A DNA stretch of 64,000 nt from Candidatus Atabeyarchaeum deiterrae. GTDB lineage: Archaea; Asgardarchaeota; Atabeyarchaeia; Atabeyarchaeales; Atabeyarchaeaceae. The notes beneath the pieces are model-generated. The model had not been told where the DNA came from, did not search any database, and saw nothing but the letters and a program-made list of their open reading frames with translations. Where the stretch lies: the NCBI GenBank assembly GCA_037310415.1, contig CP147780.1:1568001-1632000 (forward strand), in the 5' to 3' direction. The translations under genes and the position numbers were made by a program. This document shows, piece after piece, positions 46,880-57,384 of this stretch. The stretch's first letter is position 1; each line of letters starts with the position of its first letter.

Positions 46880-47446
46880 ATGAAACTGAACCTAAGACGT
46901 GTGATGCGGCATCCGATCATGTTCTTAAGATCTTTGTCACCTTTTAACTGGTCTCACCATCCTGACTGCGAATCTTTCAGGCATCACTGTGTCCAACTCC
47001 GAGGACGGCGGCTTTGCATAGGTTGTTTCATAGGTTTTCCTGTGACTATCGCTACATTCATCGCATTGGTCATAGCGTCATCACTTGGGATACAACTCGA
47101 TCTACAAGAAGTGTTGCTTCTGGGGCTGGGCATTGAAGTGTCGGCGCTTCTCATCAAAACACTTCATTTCTCAAAGAGAGTGCTGGCAAGGGTAGCGATG
47201 AAGATAGTTCAGGCAGTTGGACTTGCTTTCATATTCTTTTCGCCGCTAACCCTTCAGGCACCCATTTTGTTCAAACTGTTCATCGTATTCATGTTGTGGA
47301 GCTTGTTTAACACTCTCATGGGTGCAGTGAGAATCTACGAGACGGGGAAAACATGCACCGCATGCGAGCATAATGGTAGCTGGAGCAAATGCCCAGGTTT
47401 CAAGAATCTTGTCAAGCAACTTGGCGACTCAGGCTTCCTGGTCTAG
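46880..47446 (+). CDS. Cys/His-rich membrane protein (DUF2085-like)
   Basis: SHHPDC..F..H, LCIGC, about 4 TM segments, CTAC...CPGF. Confidence 0.65.
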   Translation: MKLNLRRVMRHPIMFLRSLSPFNWSHHPDCESFRHHCVQLRGRRLCIGCFIGFPVTIATFIALVIASSLGIQLDLQEVLLLGLGIEVSALLIKTLHFSKRVLARVAMKIVQAVGLAFIFFSPLTLQAPILFKLFIVFMLWSLFNTLMGAVRIYETGKTCTACEHNGSWSKCPGFKNLVKQLGDSGFLV

Positions 47447-47834
47447 TGGCCCTAGAATACCTTAAGTATGGGTTCAACGAATGGCATATTAGAGGGGGGG
47501 GTCTAAAACCAAAAGCCGTTTTCATGAAGCTAGATAGCTGAATCTTAGGGGTTAATCGCACCATTGACGTCTTGTTCCTCCTGTTTCTAGGTTCCCAATC
47601 TAGAACGACTGGCACAACCCTCGAGGCCGATTGCCTTGGAGCATACGATCCTGACGCCTGGTAGAGCGAATGCGGCTTATATCTCCTGAGTGTAGTTCAA
47701 CTCCCGATCTGATCTGAATTGATACTGGGCCAGTTACTAGCACTCGATCTGTTCTCAATGAGCTCACTAGGTTTTTTATTGTTGTTATACTCTCTTGAAT
47801 AAAGGAAGATAGTTAGGAAGGCCGCGGTCTTAAA

Positions 47835-50099
47835 ATGGTAACCACTAGGGCGCGAACTTTTTCGGGTATAATCGGCCAACTCAAGAAGTCTAGAGTACGG
47901 AAAGTTGTTGATGTTCACGTTGAAAAAGAACAATTGCCTTCTTATGGCTGCAATGTCGATGGACTAGGCTTAAGTGAACTCACAGTGAATGCCTTGAAGA
48001 AAAGTGGGGTTTCTAGATTCTTTGCTTTCCAAGAGTCGGCAGTGCGAAGAATACAGCAGTGTGAGAATGTTCTCATTGTTGCTGGAACAAGCATGGGGAA
48101 AACTGAAAGCTTCCTGGCGCCGGTCATCGACTTCGCCTCGAATCATATCACTAGATGCGCAGCGTTGCTCGTGTATCCTACTAAAGCTCTTGCAGCGGAT
48201 CAGATGGAAAGGATATCGGGTCTGACTCAAAACATGTTCGGTGTCTCATTCGCGAAGTACGACGGAGACACAAGTGACTCCGAACGCGGCAAGATAATGG
48301 CAAATCCTCCTTCTATTCTCATTACGAACCCTGACATGCTCCACTTCCACCTCAAAGACACATGGATACAAGAACTTCTCTCGTCCCTCAAATACGTCAT
48401 TATTGACGAAGTGCACAACTATTCAGGCGTTTTTGGCAGTTACGTTCACTATATTATTCGCCGCCTGAAGAGGTTCCTGGGCAAGGATTGCCAATTCATA
48501 GCCTCATCTGCGACAATTGGAAATCCCAAGGAGTTCGTTGAACTTCTGTTTGGGGAGGAATTCACCCTTGTGACTTCGGACAAGGACTGGAAGGGAAAAC
48601 GCTCACACGCCATGGTTGCCCCCCTACATAGCAAATACTCAGAAGCAGTGTATCTAAGTGAAATACTAACGCAAAGTGGATACAAGACGATGGTTTTCGC
48701 GGACAGCCATCTGAGCTCGGAACTAGTAAAAATCATAGCGGATGAAAGAAGACTCCAAATGGGAATTCATCGAGCTGGACTACTCAAAGAGCACAGGAGA
48801 GCCGTTGAAAAAGCCTTCAAAGAAGGTTCCCTGAGATCAGTAGTTGCCACCCCGACACTTGAACAGGGCATTGACATTGGCGACTTGGATGCTGTTGTTC
48901 TAATGAAGTTTCCACCAACATTCAGTCGATATATTCAGAAAGTCGGACGCGCTGGAAGGAAAGGAAGAGAATCTGGCGTGTTTTTGATAGTGGGAGACGA
49001 CCCAATTTCGCATTTCTATGCAACACACCCGAATGATTTCTACAAGTCATCCCCTGAACCCGCATTCATTGACCCTGAGAACCCCGAGGTCATGAGACGA
49101 CAAGTTATCAGCATGACCTATGACCAACCATTGGCAACAAGCGAAGAAGAGAAAATCTGCAAACAGATCAAGTCCATGGGAAGAACACTTTCAACCCTCC
49201 AGAAAGAGGGCTACCTGCAAAGAACAAGAAGCGCTCTCACACCAACCAGAAAAGGAGTTGCCCTGCACCAGGCCACTAAGCTGAGAGGAACAGGCGCGAA
49301 TATCAGAATCTACACGATGGAGAACAAATACATCGGCGAACGCGGATTGCCGATGGCTGCGAGAGAACTCCACCCGGAAGCGATATACCTCCACGGAGGA
49401 GCCGAATACCGTGTTATGAATTTCAACCCAAGAAGAGCTGTGGTTGATCGCATTCCTTATCGAAGCAGACATTTTACCATAGCACGATACTCTTCAGATT
49501 TGGAGGAATTCAGACCTGAGTTGAAGAGAAACTCTTTCAAAGTCAAAGTGGTCTATGGTCCAGGAACAATCAAACATGTCGTCGACGGTTACTACGAGAA
49601 GGATAGAATGACAGAAAAAACTCTAGCAGAATACGACTTAGATGAACCTATCACATACGATTTTCCAACGAAAATCATAAACTTCAAATTGCCCCTGCAT
49701 TTGACTTGGACGCGTAACCAAAGAGGAAGCGCATCACACGCGGCTGAACACATCCTGATATCCGCCGGAGTAACCCTAACTGGAGCTGACCAGGCTGAAA
49801 TGGGTGGTATCTCATATCCAGACGGCTCCATAATAATCTACGACGGCGCATATGGAGGCTCAGGGCTCACAAGGCTACTCTATGAGAGAATGGAAAAGGA
49901 CTTTGAAAGAGGCGCAGAGATGCTCGCGACATGCAGATGTGACAGGAATGACGGATGCCCAAAGTGCACGTACTCACCATACTGCGGCAACAACAACAAG
50001 TACTTGTGGAAGGAAGGAGCACTCAAGACATTGAAACGCGTACTGGAAGGAAAAGTAGCTGAAGTAGAATCAAGACCAGTGGGCAAATCAACAGTATGA
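47835..50099 (+). CDS. DEAD/DEAH-box helicase with DUF1998 Zn-binding domain (Hrq1/SftH/MrfA-like)
   Basis: GKTES, YPTKALA.DQ, TNPDMLH, DEVH, SAT, GRAGR, C.C...GCPKC..SP.CGN.N. Confidence 0.92.
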   Translation: MVTTRARTFSGIIGQLKKSRVRKVVDVHVEKEQLPSYGCNVDGLGLSELTVNALKKSGVSRFFAFQESAVRRIQQCENVLIVAGTSMGKTESFLAPVIDFASNHITRCAALLVYPTKALAADQMERISGLTQNMFGVSFAKYDGDTSDSERGKIMANPPSILITNPDMLHFHLKDTWIQELLSSLKYVIIDEVHNYSGVFGSYVHYIIRRLKRFLGKDCQFIASSATIGNPKEFVELLFGEEFTLVTSDKDWKGKRSHAMVAPLHSKYSEAVYLSEILTQSGYKTMVFADSHLSSELVKIIADERRLQMGIHRAGLLKEHRRAVEKAFKEGSLRSVVATPTLEQGIDIGDLDAVVLMKFPPTFSRYIQKVGRAGRKGRESGVFLIVGDDPISHFYATHPNDFYKSSPEPAFIDPENPEVMRRQVISMTYDQPLATSEEEKICKQIKSMGRTLSTLQKEGYLQRTRSALTPTRKGVALHQATKLRGTGANIRIYTMENKYIGERGLPMAARELHPEAIYLHGGAEYRVMNFNPRRAVVDRIPYRSRHFTIARYSSDLEEFRPELKRNSFKVKVVYGPGTIKHVVDGYYEKDRMTEKTLAEYDLDEPITYDFPTKIINFKLPLHLTWTRNQRGSASHAAEHILISAGVTLTGADQAEMGGISYPDGSIIIYDGAYGGSGLTRLLYERMEKDFERGAEMLATCRCDRNDGCPKCTYSPYCGNNNKYLWKEGALKTLKRVLEGKVAEVESRPVGKSTV

Positions 50100-50339
50100 C
50101 TTTCCGAATAGCAGTATGAGATATTCCTCTTCAAGGAGAATGCATTCTCGTCTCTTTCACGGATATCAATCTCAAACCTACGTTCTAAGTCTCCGAATAG
50201 TCGAATCGACAAATCTCACTCTTGAAGATATTTTTCGGCGATCTAGCAGAAAGCATTTTCACAAAACTTATAACCATTGAAAAGATATCTTGATGCGCAA
50301 AAGAAGAGGGAAGAAGGGAAAGACACTGAGGTGTACAGA

Positions 50340-53300
50340 TTGAGGAAGAGAGTAGCTTCAATACTAGTAGTGGTTATCATATTCGGTCTCATGGCTTTCG
50401 TTCCAACTTCGATTGCTCAGCCCTCATCAAATACTGCAAGCGCTACTTCTGAGAATTCTTCATCATCAATCAATGTCGTGAAATCAGGTCTCGACAAGTT
50501 AGCGCCTAACCTCTTGGCACAGATCCAAGCAAACCCGAGTGGCGAATACCGCGTGGAAGTCGTCCTGAAAGACGGCGTCAACAAGGTTAATGCACTTGGT
50601 TGCATCTCGAGCTTAGGTGGGAAGATCAATGCGCAACACAACATCGTGAACTCTATTTCTGCGACACTTCGAGGAGACAAGATACCCGCGGTAGCTTCGC
50701 TAGTCGACGTGGACAAGATCCTCGTAGACGGGAAGAGATATCTTATCCCTGTGCCTCAATCGGATGACAGTAGAGCCGCGATTGACAACTTTCTGAGTAC
50801 GTATCCATATTGGTATTCACAGTTCCCATTCTGGGTAGGTGCAGACAAAGCATGGCAAATGGGAATTGACGGCGCAGGCGTCATAGTTGCCGACCTCGAT
50901 ACCGGAATATTCTATGAACATCCAGACTTGGCTGGAGTCGTAATCGACTACAAAGTATTCACAAGCGAGACAGATGTTTTCCCGCACGATGGCAACGGAC
51001 ACGGAACATCAACCACAAGCTGTGTGGCAGCACAGGGCATTGTGGATTGGGACTTGGGCGTACCAGACATATTCTTCAAGGTACAGGGAGTCTCTCCGGG
51101 TGTCAAAGTTATCGGAGCAAAAGTGATGACTGATGAAGGTTGGGGATGGGATTCATGGATAATCGCGGGAATTGAATGGGCCGTTCAAAGAGGGGCGAAC
51201 GTAATAACGATGAGCCTCGGAGGACTGGAAGTTCCTAACAACGGATACGACCCTACGGCTTTGGCATTAGACGCAGCTACGAAGCAGGGCGTCACATGTT
51301 TTGTTGCTGCCGGCAATGAGCAGGGTTATGGCACAGTCGGCTCACCAGGTGTGGCAAAAGATGTCATAACCGTCGGCGCCTCAACAGAGAACTCATTCAT
51401 CTACTATTGGGTTGGATATTGGCCAACGTGGTATGCAAATGGATACGAGAATGACCAGGTAATATTCTGGAGTAGCGGAGGAGCAACAGCCAACGGAAGA
51501 CTAGATCCAGACATTTGCGCAATTGGCGCTTGGGGTCTAACACTAGACACTGATCCTTACTATCTAAACTTCCAGTTCGGCGGAACCAGCATGGCAACTC
51601 CAGTCGCTGCTGGAGTGGGCGCACTAGTCATTCAAGCGTACAAACAGGCTCACGGCGTTTTTCCATCACCAGCAACGGTAAGAGACATCCTAATGAACAC
51701 GGCAAAGGACCTTGGTTACCCAGCGAATCGCCAAGGAGCTGGCCGTGTTGATGCAGAGAAAGCTGTTCTCGCTGCCCTAAGCCAATACCCGTGCTCCAAC
51801 ACAGACGAAATAAACACAGGAATACTACCCGCGGGTCAGAGCTACAAAGTAACATCAACTTTCACCGGAAAAATCAACAGTGCATATGCAACTAGACTTG
51901 AAATGTTTGGCTCATCAAGCTTCAGTGGACTAACGATACCAGGCGGAGACACCTACCTAACCTTCCAGATTCCATCAGGAACCGAGTACGCTGACATAAG
52001 GTTGAAGTTCGCACCAGAATACGTGTACGGAACCTCGGTTCACACTTACGATGGAAGCACTTGGACAGATGTCCACCTAAACACAGCACTCTATCGTGTC
52101 GACGATGTTGGCAACTGGATCCTGCTGAACTACGCATATGCCCACACAAACGTGCAATGGTTTGACGCGAGGGTCACTCCAGGAACCTACATCCTCTGGA
52201 TATGGAACCAATATGGAAATGTAACACAAGTGGACGCGAAAGTAACCTTCTACAAGTTTGTCAATTGGGATTGGATATCGACTTACGCCAAGGGCAACAA
52301 ATTGTATACAACGGTTTCAGTTCCAAAAGGATCGAACCCAGGCAGTTACAGCGGTTTTGTGAAGGTAACTTGCGAGGGGTCACAGGTTGACATACCAGTT
52401 GTTGTCACCGTTCCAGCGAAGCTAGGTCAGACATTTTCAGTGGAGGCCAATGTGGTCAACGAGCCAAGAACTGGCTCATCAGGAGATTGGTTCTATATAC
52501 CGGTACAGGCCTACACCATCGGAGCCATGATGCTAACAGCGAGCTGGACCTACTCAGATGCAGACTTCGACGTCTACCTCATCAATCCAATAGGTGAAGC
52601 CAGAGCTCTGTCGGTTGCGCCACCTGTTCCAGTTGTCCGCTCTCAGGGCGGTGGGTTCTTCTGGTACACGACAACAGGCTCAACAATGGAGATGCTATCA
52701 ACATTCAGCTTGTGTCCAGGCTACTGGTACGTTGGAATCCATGCAGTATACTTCGGTAACACTTTCAGCCAGAAGGTGACAGTGAACCTACGTCAAGGCA
52801 GCCCGATAAGCACCCCCTGCTATCTCAACTTGAAGCAAGGAACGAGCAAGACATTCACGGTGTCGAACAACATACCTGGAGCAGTGAACGTGCGGACAAT
52901 GGCTCTGTCATTCCAAATAGAACACTATGCGCAACAAGTCACTAGCACAGTATACTCATTTGACGGTACAAACGTCGGCTACGAAGGTTGGTTGATCCCG
53001 GTAACACCGGACATGATCACGTTGACAGTTGGTCTCAACTGGGCAGGAGACAACGCGCTTCAGCTGATCCTCTGGGATCCAGCTGGTCGCAACGTTGGAG
53101 AGACAACAACAAATGGACAAAAACTTTCCGTCAACAATCCAACCATCGGCTGGTGGACAGCAATCATAACCATCAGTGAGCCTGGAAGCCAAGATTATGC
53201 CATGAGCATTGGAGGAACAAGATACAAACCTTTGGAAGGAGTCACTATAACACCAGCAACTTTCACGCTAGCACCAAAAGGAATACAAACGCTGGCGATA

Positions 53301-53420
53301 ACTGCCACACCAAAGACACCAGCAATTGGCCAAATAGTCTACTACGACTTCACGACAGGAAGCATATACTCGATAACACTACTGACAATTACTCCAACTC
53401 ACTGGTGGGAAACCCACTAG
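50340..53420 (+). CDS. Secreted subtilisin-like S8 serine protease with long beta-rich C-terminal region
   Basis: Signal peptide, propeptide, DLDTG / HGT / AAGNE / GGTSMATP; start TTG 50340 after GAGGTG. Confidence 0.9.
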   Translation: MRKRVASILVVVIIFGLMAFVPTSIAQPSSNTASATSENSSSSINVVKSGLDKLAPNLLAQIQANPSGEYRVEVVLKDGVNKVNALGCISSLGGKINAQHNIVNSISATLRGDKIPAVASLVDVDKILVDGKRYLIPVPQSDDSRAAIDNFLSTYPYWYSQFPFWVGADKAWQMGIDGAGVIVADLDTGIFYEHPDLAGVVIDYKVFTSETDVFPHDGNGHGTSTTSCVAAQGIVDWDLGVPDIFFKVQGVSPGVKVIGAKVMTDEGWGWDSWIIAGIEWAVQRGANVITMSLGGLEVPNNGYDPTALALDAATKQGVTCFVAAGNEQGYGTVGSPGVAKDVITVGASTENSFIYYWVGYWPTWYANGYENDQVIFWSSGGATANGRLDPDICAIGAWGLTLDTDPYYLNFQFGGTSMATPVAAGVGALVIQAYKQAHGVFPSPATVRDILMNTAKDLGYPANRQGAGRVDAEKAVLAALSQYPCSNTDEINTGILPAGQSYKVTSTFTGKINSAYATRLEMFGSSSFSGLTIPGGDTYLTFQIPSGTEYADIRLKFAPEYVYGTSVHTYDGSTWTDVHLNTALYRVDDVGNWILLNYAYAHTNVQWFDARVTPGTYILWIWNQYGNVTQVDAKVTFYKFVNWDWISTYAKGNKLYTTVSVPKGSNPGSYSGFVKVTCEGSQVDIPVVVTVPAKLGQTFSVEANVVNEPRTGSSGDWFYIPVQAYTIGAMMLTASWTYSDADFDVYLINPIGEARALSVAPPVPVVRSQGGGFFWYTTTGSTMEMLSTFSLCPGYWYVGIHAVYFGNTFSQKVTVNLRQGSPISTPCYLNLKQGTSKTFTVSNNIPGAVNVRTMALSFQIEHYAQQVTSTVYSFDGTNVGYEGWLIPVTPDMITLTVGLNWAGDNALQLILWDPAGRNVGETTTNGQKLSVNNPTIGWWTAIITISEPGSQDYAMSIGGTRYKPLEGVTITPATFTLAPKGIQTLAITATPKTPAIGQIVYYDFTTGSIYSITLLTITPTHWWETH

Positions 53421-53780
53421 TTTTGGAGTAAAACTCACCTTTTTTTCTTGAACTGTTCTTTCAAGGATTCGCCTGTTCTTTCTAAGGGGGGGGTGATTTG
53501 CGAGAGAGTGCTCTCGTTGGATGATTTTGGAACCTGCTATGGAATTCCTGAGTTATCTAATGACCGCTCTCCCTCAACACACGATGCATGCGGCGATATT
53601 GATAGCCTCGCGCCGCCGTGCTGAGTGATTTCGATTGGTTCGCTTTTCTTTTTTTGTGATTCCAAAACGCAACAAGCAGAGTGGCTAAAATGGAAACCGA
53701 TCACATTCCCTGAGATCCTACAAATCCTTAAATCCACTCTCACTAGAGTCAAACTATAAGAAAAAAGGAAGAATTCTCGT

Positions 53781-54653
53781 TTGCTCTTTCCAAGTCCTAG
53801 CAAGCAAGACATCGTCGATTCCAACCTTCGGGAAGTCAGCGAGTATACTATTCCTCTTTCGAACTCGATCTCACTTCGGACCAGTTCAGATACCAGACCA
53901 CACAAATGGAAGATAGCCGATCTGCAGAAAGGGTTGAGGTTTGTCCATGATGGAAGGGAAACTGTGGGTGAAGGAACGGGATTCGGAGTTCCAGTCCTCT
54001 TGTATTCTGGTGAGACTTGCTTCTCTGGCTCATCGTATGTCTACGCTTTCAACAAAGGTTCTTCCACTATTATTCGCAAGGAGTTCATAGTCGACAGAGT
54101 CCACAGAAAAACGATTAGAAGTGTCAGGCTAGAAAGTCGGAAAATGCGCGCTTTGTGGAGATTGATATCGAAACTCTATATGAGATTCGGTTTCCTAAGA
54201 ACTCTCATGTCAACTGATATATCCAAGAAATTGGGTTTGCGCACGGACTTCATTGGAACACACCCTCTGGGTAAGGTCATCGTAACTTACCAAGTCAGCA
54301 AGTCCAAGGTCAATGTCAAGGTAGATCTTGCTCTCCTTGAGAGGAGAGAACTTCGGAAGATCTTCGTTTTGAATGAGCAGGGTTCAACGTTCTTCAGAAA
54401 GTACTCTGATTCACAAGGCTTGACATTGGTCGATGAAGAGATTGGATCGTGGAGAATTCCCAAAGCTCGTTGCGCAAGCATAACGGATCTCCGGGGTGGG
54501 GTCGGCTTCAGATTATGGAGAAACAAAAACAGCGCCCTGTACTTAGGTCGGGAGTATTCTGAGGGTCATATGGACTGGGTTGGCTTGGACTATGAAATAA
54601 GCCCGAGAAGTGACAATTTCGAATACCAAATCGAGATCCTGGGAGTTGATTGA
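53781..54653 (+). CDS. Conserved-looking hypothetical protein upstream of radical SAM gene
   Basis: 290-aa ORF (LQKGL, GEGTGFGVPV, LNEQG, W.GLDY) 6 nt before the radical SAM gene; exact start uncertain. Confidence 0.65.
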   Translation: MLFPSPSKQDIVDSNLREVSEYTIPLSNSISLRTSSDTRPHKWKIADLQKGLRFVHDGRETVGEGTGFGVPVLLYSGETCFSGSSYVYAFNKGSSTIIRKEFIVDRVHRKTIRSVRLESRKMRALWRLISKLYMRFGFLRTLMSTDISKKLGLRTDFIGTHPLGKVIVTYQVSKSKVNVKVDLALLERRELRKIFVLNEQGSTFFRKYSDSQGLTLVDEEIGSWRIPKARCASITDLRGGVGFRLWRNKNSALYLGREYSEGHMDWVGLDYEISPRSDNFEYQIEILGVD

Positions 54654-54659
54654 CAACCC

Positions 54660-56027
54660 ATGACTGATGTAACACTGGTCTATCCATACTTTCGTCCTCC
54701 TCATGATAATTCAATATTCAGATTTCCGCCACTCGGATTGGGATACATAGCTGCATTTCTGAAGCAGCAAGGTATCTCTGTGGATTTGGTGGATTGCACA
54801 TTTCTTGGTCAAGAAGAAGCGCTCAAGAGGGTTCGGCGTACGCGCCCGAGGCTAGTAGGGATCTATTCAATGTACTCAATGAAAGACAAATCGCTGCAAA
54901 TGGCTGAACACCTTAGAGGAGACTGTGAACTACTCGTTGCAGGTGGTCCGTTGCCAACTGTGAACCCGAAGGATTTTCTCCAACGCTTCGATGTAGTCGC
55001 GATCGGCGAAGGCGAGGAAACAATGCTTGAACTCGTACGAGCAGTCAAGAATGCTCTTGCTCTGTCAGAGGTGAAAGGCATAGCCTATAAAGACACTGAC
55101 AAAGATCGCGTGACATTCACTACTCGTCGAGAGTTCATTCAAGACTTGGACACTATCCCTTTTCCTGACAGACGATTCTTTGATCATCAAGCATACAAAG
55201 AGCATTATCTTAGAAACTTTGGGTATACAACAACATCACTGATAACGTCTAGAGGTTGCCCCTTCAACTGTGACTTCTGCAGTAGACCAATCTTCGGCAA
55301 CAAGTTTAGAACCCGTTCAGCTGCGAATATTGTCGACGAGATGAAAGCAGTACTCGATCTTGGATACGAGAGAATATGGTTTGCTGACGATTGTTTCACA
55401 TTGAACAGGAAAAGACTCTCTAACGTGTGTGACGAAATCATCAGAAGAGGAACCAAGATAGACTGGGAGTGCCTGTCAAGGGTTGATACTATTGACAGGA
55501 ACATAGCGAGCAAAATGAAAGATGCAGGATGCGTACGCGTGTTTTTTGGCATCGAATCTGGAAACGACAGAATCCTACGTTTAATGAAGAAACAGATTAC
55601 AACAAGCCAAGCCGAGCAGGCCGTGAAGGTTGCCAAACAATCTGGAATTCAAGTTGGCGCGTTCTTCATAGTCGGATACCCCGGCGAAACCAACAACACC
55701 ATCTTGGACACGGTTGGATTCGCATCCAGACTTCCCCTCGATTATCTATCGTTTACCATGCCCTATCCAATTCCAGGCACCCCTCTCTATGGCCGAGTGA
55801 GAGATAGGATCACTTTGAACGACTGCGAGGAACCAGAGAATCCGCGATTCGTAAAGCATATGCTCTCATTTAGTTCGCGCTTCTCCGAGGGTAAGCTCAA
55901 ATTCGCGATTCTGAAAGGCACAATACAGTTCAGTCTCAGAAAAAAGTTGGGCACGAAACTATCCAAGTTCATGGTCGATCCTTTTTTCGAACGTCTGACT
56001 AACCAGATATTCAAGCTATTGCGTTGA
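54660..56027 (+). CDS. Cobalamin-binding radical SAM enzyme (class B type)
   Basis: PPLGLGYIAA, GGP.PT, GEGE.T, SRGCPFNCDFC, FADDCF, GIESG, PIPGTPLY. Confidence 0.92.
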   Translation: MTDVTLVYPYFRPPHDNSIFRFPPLGLGYIAAFLKQQGISVDLVDCTFLGQEEALKRVRRTRPRLVGIYSMYSMKDKSLQMAEHLRGDCELLVAGGPLPTVNPKDFLQRFDVVAIGEGEETMLELVRAVKNALALSEVKGIAYKDTDKDRVTFTTRREFIQDLDTIPFPDRRFFDHQAYKEHYLRNFGYTTTSLITSRGCPFNCDFCSRPIFGNKFRTRSAANIVDEMKAVLDLGYERIWFADDCFTLNRKRLSNVCDEIIRRGTKIDWECLSRVDTIDRNIASKMKDAGCVRVFFGIESGNDRILRLMKKQITTSQAEQAVKVAKQSGIQVGAFFIVGYPGETNNTILDTVGFASRLPLDYLSFTMPYPIPGTPLYGRVRDRITLNDCEEPENPRFVKHMLSFSSRFSEGKLKFAILKGTIQFSLRKKLGTKLSKFMVDPFFERLTNQIFKLLR

Positions 56028-56086
56028 TCGTTGAGGTCTCTGGAACTATTGTGCCTACATGAGAAGATGGACGAAAAGAATTTACG

Positions 56087-57379
56087 CTATGACTGGGTGC
56101 TCCCCTGTTGTTCCGCGCCTGTAGATGCCCCTTGCTGTTCAACGCCTGCAGGGGGTTCAGGAGGCGCGGCTTTGCTGACAATCGATTTCGCTGCCGTTTC
56201 CTCTTTTCTGTGGCGTATGCTGATATGCTTTCCTGAGAGCGACATGTATAGCGCCAAGTTTCCAAGCAGCATGGTGAGCAGTGCGAAGACGCCCACTACT
56301 ATCACGTCTGGCAACACGTTGAACAAACTGGTTCCCTTTATCATAACGGCTCTGAGTCCGTCCACGGCATATGTCATGGGGTTGGCGAGCACAACTGCTC
56401 TAAGCCAATCTGGCAGTGATTCAACTGGATAGAATGCACCTGACAGGAAGAATACTGGGAAGTTAATCAATCCGTTGACAAACTGGAACGCAGTTATCTC
56501 AACCTTCACGCTAAGAGCTATTGAGATGCCGACAAACCCAAGTGCAAGAAGTGCGACCAACACGTAGATGTATAGTATTGATAGCGGGTTCAAAGCCATA
56601 TGGATTCCGACGAGAATAGCTATCACCAAGACAAATGTCGTTTGGGCCACGACCTTGGTTACTCCGGCTAACGTGAATCCAAGAACGAGTTCACTTCGCC
56701 TTGTAGGCGTAGATAGTAACATGTCAAAGTAGCCAATTTCACGGTCGAGTATCACAGGCATGCCTGCTGCAAAAAGCGACGTAAAGAGAACAGTCATAGC
56801 CAGGATTCCAGGCGCGAGAAAGTCTATGAATGAATAGGCTGGTGAGGAATATCTGTCAAAACTGCTGATTGGCGTAATGCTAGACGGGGGTGGTCCCAAC
56901 AGATGAGTTACGACCCAGTTTATTGTATTTGTATCATGAAGTGTTGTGTTAAGCGTCTGAGCCGCTATAGCCTTAAGCGCTTGCGCAACCATCAGATTCG
57001 TGTTATCAACTGTCAAATTGATCTGAGTACTTATCCCATGAGCCCTGTCAGCTAACCCCCAGCTGAAGTTAACTGGTATGACTATGTATCCAGCGATCTT
57101 GCCGTTATCTATCAAGGTCTGAGCGTCTGCTATCGACATATTAGTTGAGACTACAGTCACGCTAGTTGAATTCTGAAGGATCTGTCCATAAACTTGCCCA
57201 GGCGTCTGGGAGTCAAAGTTCAATATGACGATAGGCACATGGCTAAAGGTTCCTGAGTAAGCGTTACCGACAACTATCAGGAAGAGTACCGGGAGAAGCA
57301 AGGAACTTACCAACTGAACTCTATTTCTTCTCCACTTGCGCATCTCGCGTCTCCATATTGCTCTCGTTCCTCTCAGCAT
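56087..57379 (-). CDS. ABC-2 type exporter permease with extracellular domain
   Basis: FLAPGIL, DREIG, FLSGAFYP..SLP.W, NPMTYAVDGLR. Confidence 0.9.
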   Translation of the reverse strand: MLRGTRAIWRREMRKWRRNRVQLVSSLLLPVLFLIVVGNAYSGTFSHVPIVILNFDSQTPGQVYGQILQNSTSVTVVSTNMSIADAQTLIDNGKIAGYIVIPVNFSWGLADRAHGISTQINLTVDNTNLMVAQALKAIAAQTLNTTLHDTNTINWVVTHLLGPPPSSITPISSFDRYSSPAYSFIDFLAPGILAMTVLFTSLFAAGMPVILDREIGYFDMLLSTPTRRSELVLGFTLAGVTKVVAQTTFVLVIAILVGIHMALNPLSILYIYVLVALLALGFVGISIALSVKVEITAFQFVNGLINFPVFFLSGAFYPVESLPDWLRAVVLANPMTYAVDGLRAVMIKGTSLFNVLPDVIVVGVFALLTMLLGNLALYMSLSGKHISIRHRKEETAAKSIVSKAAPPEPPAGVEQQGASTGAEQQGSTQS

Positions 57380-57384
57380 TCACT

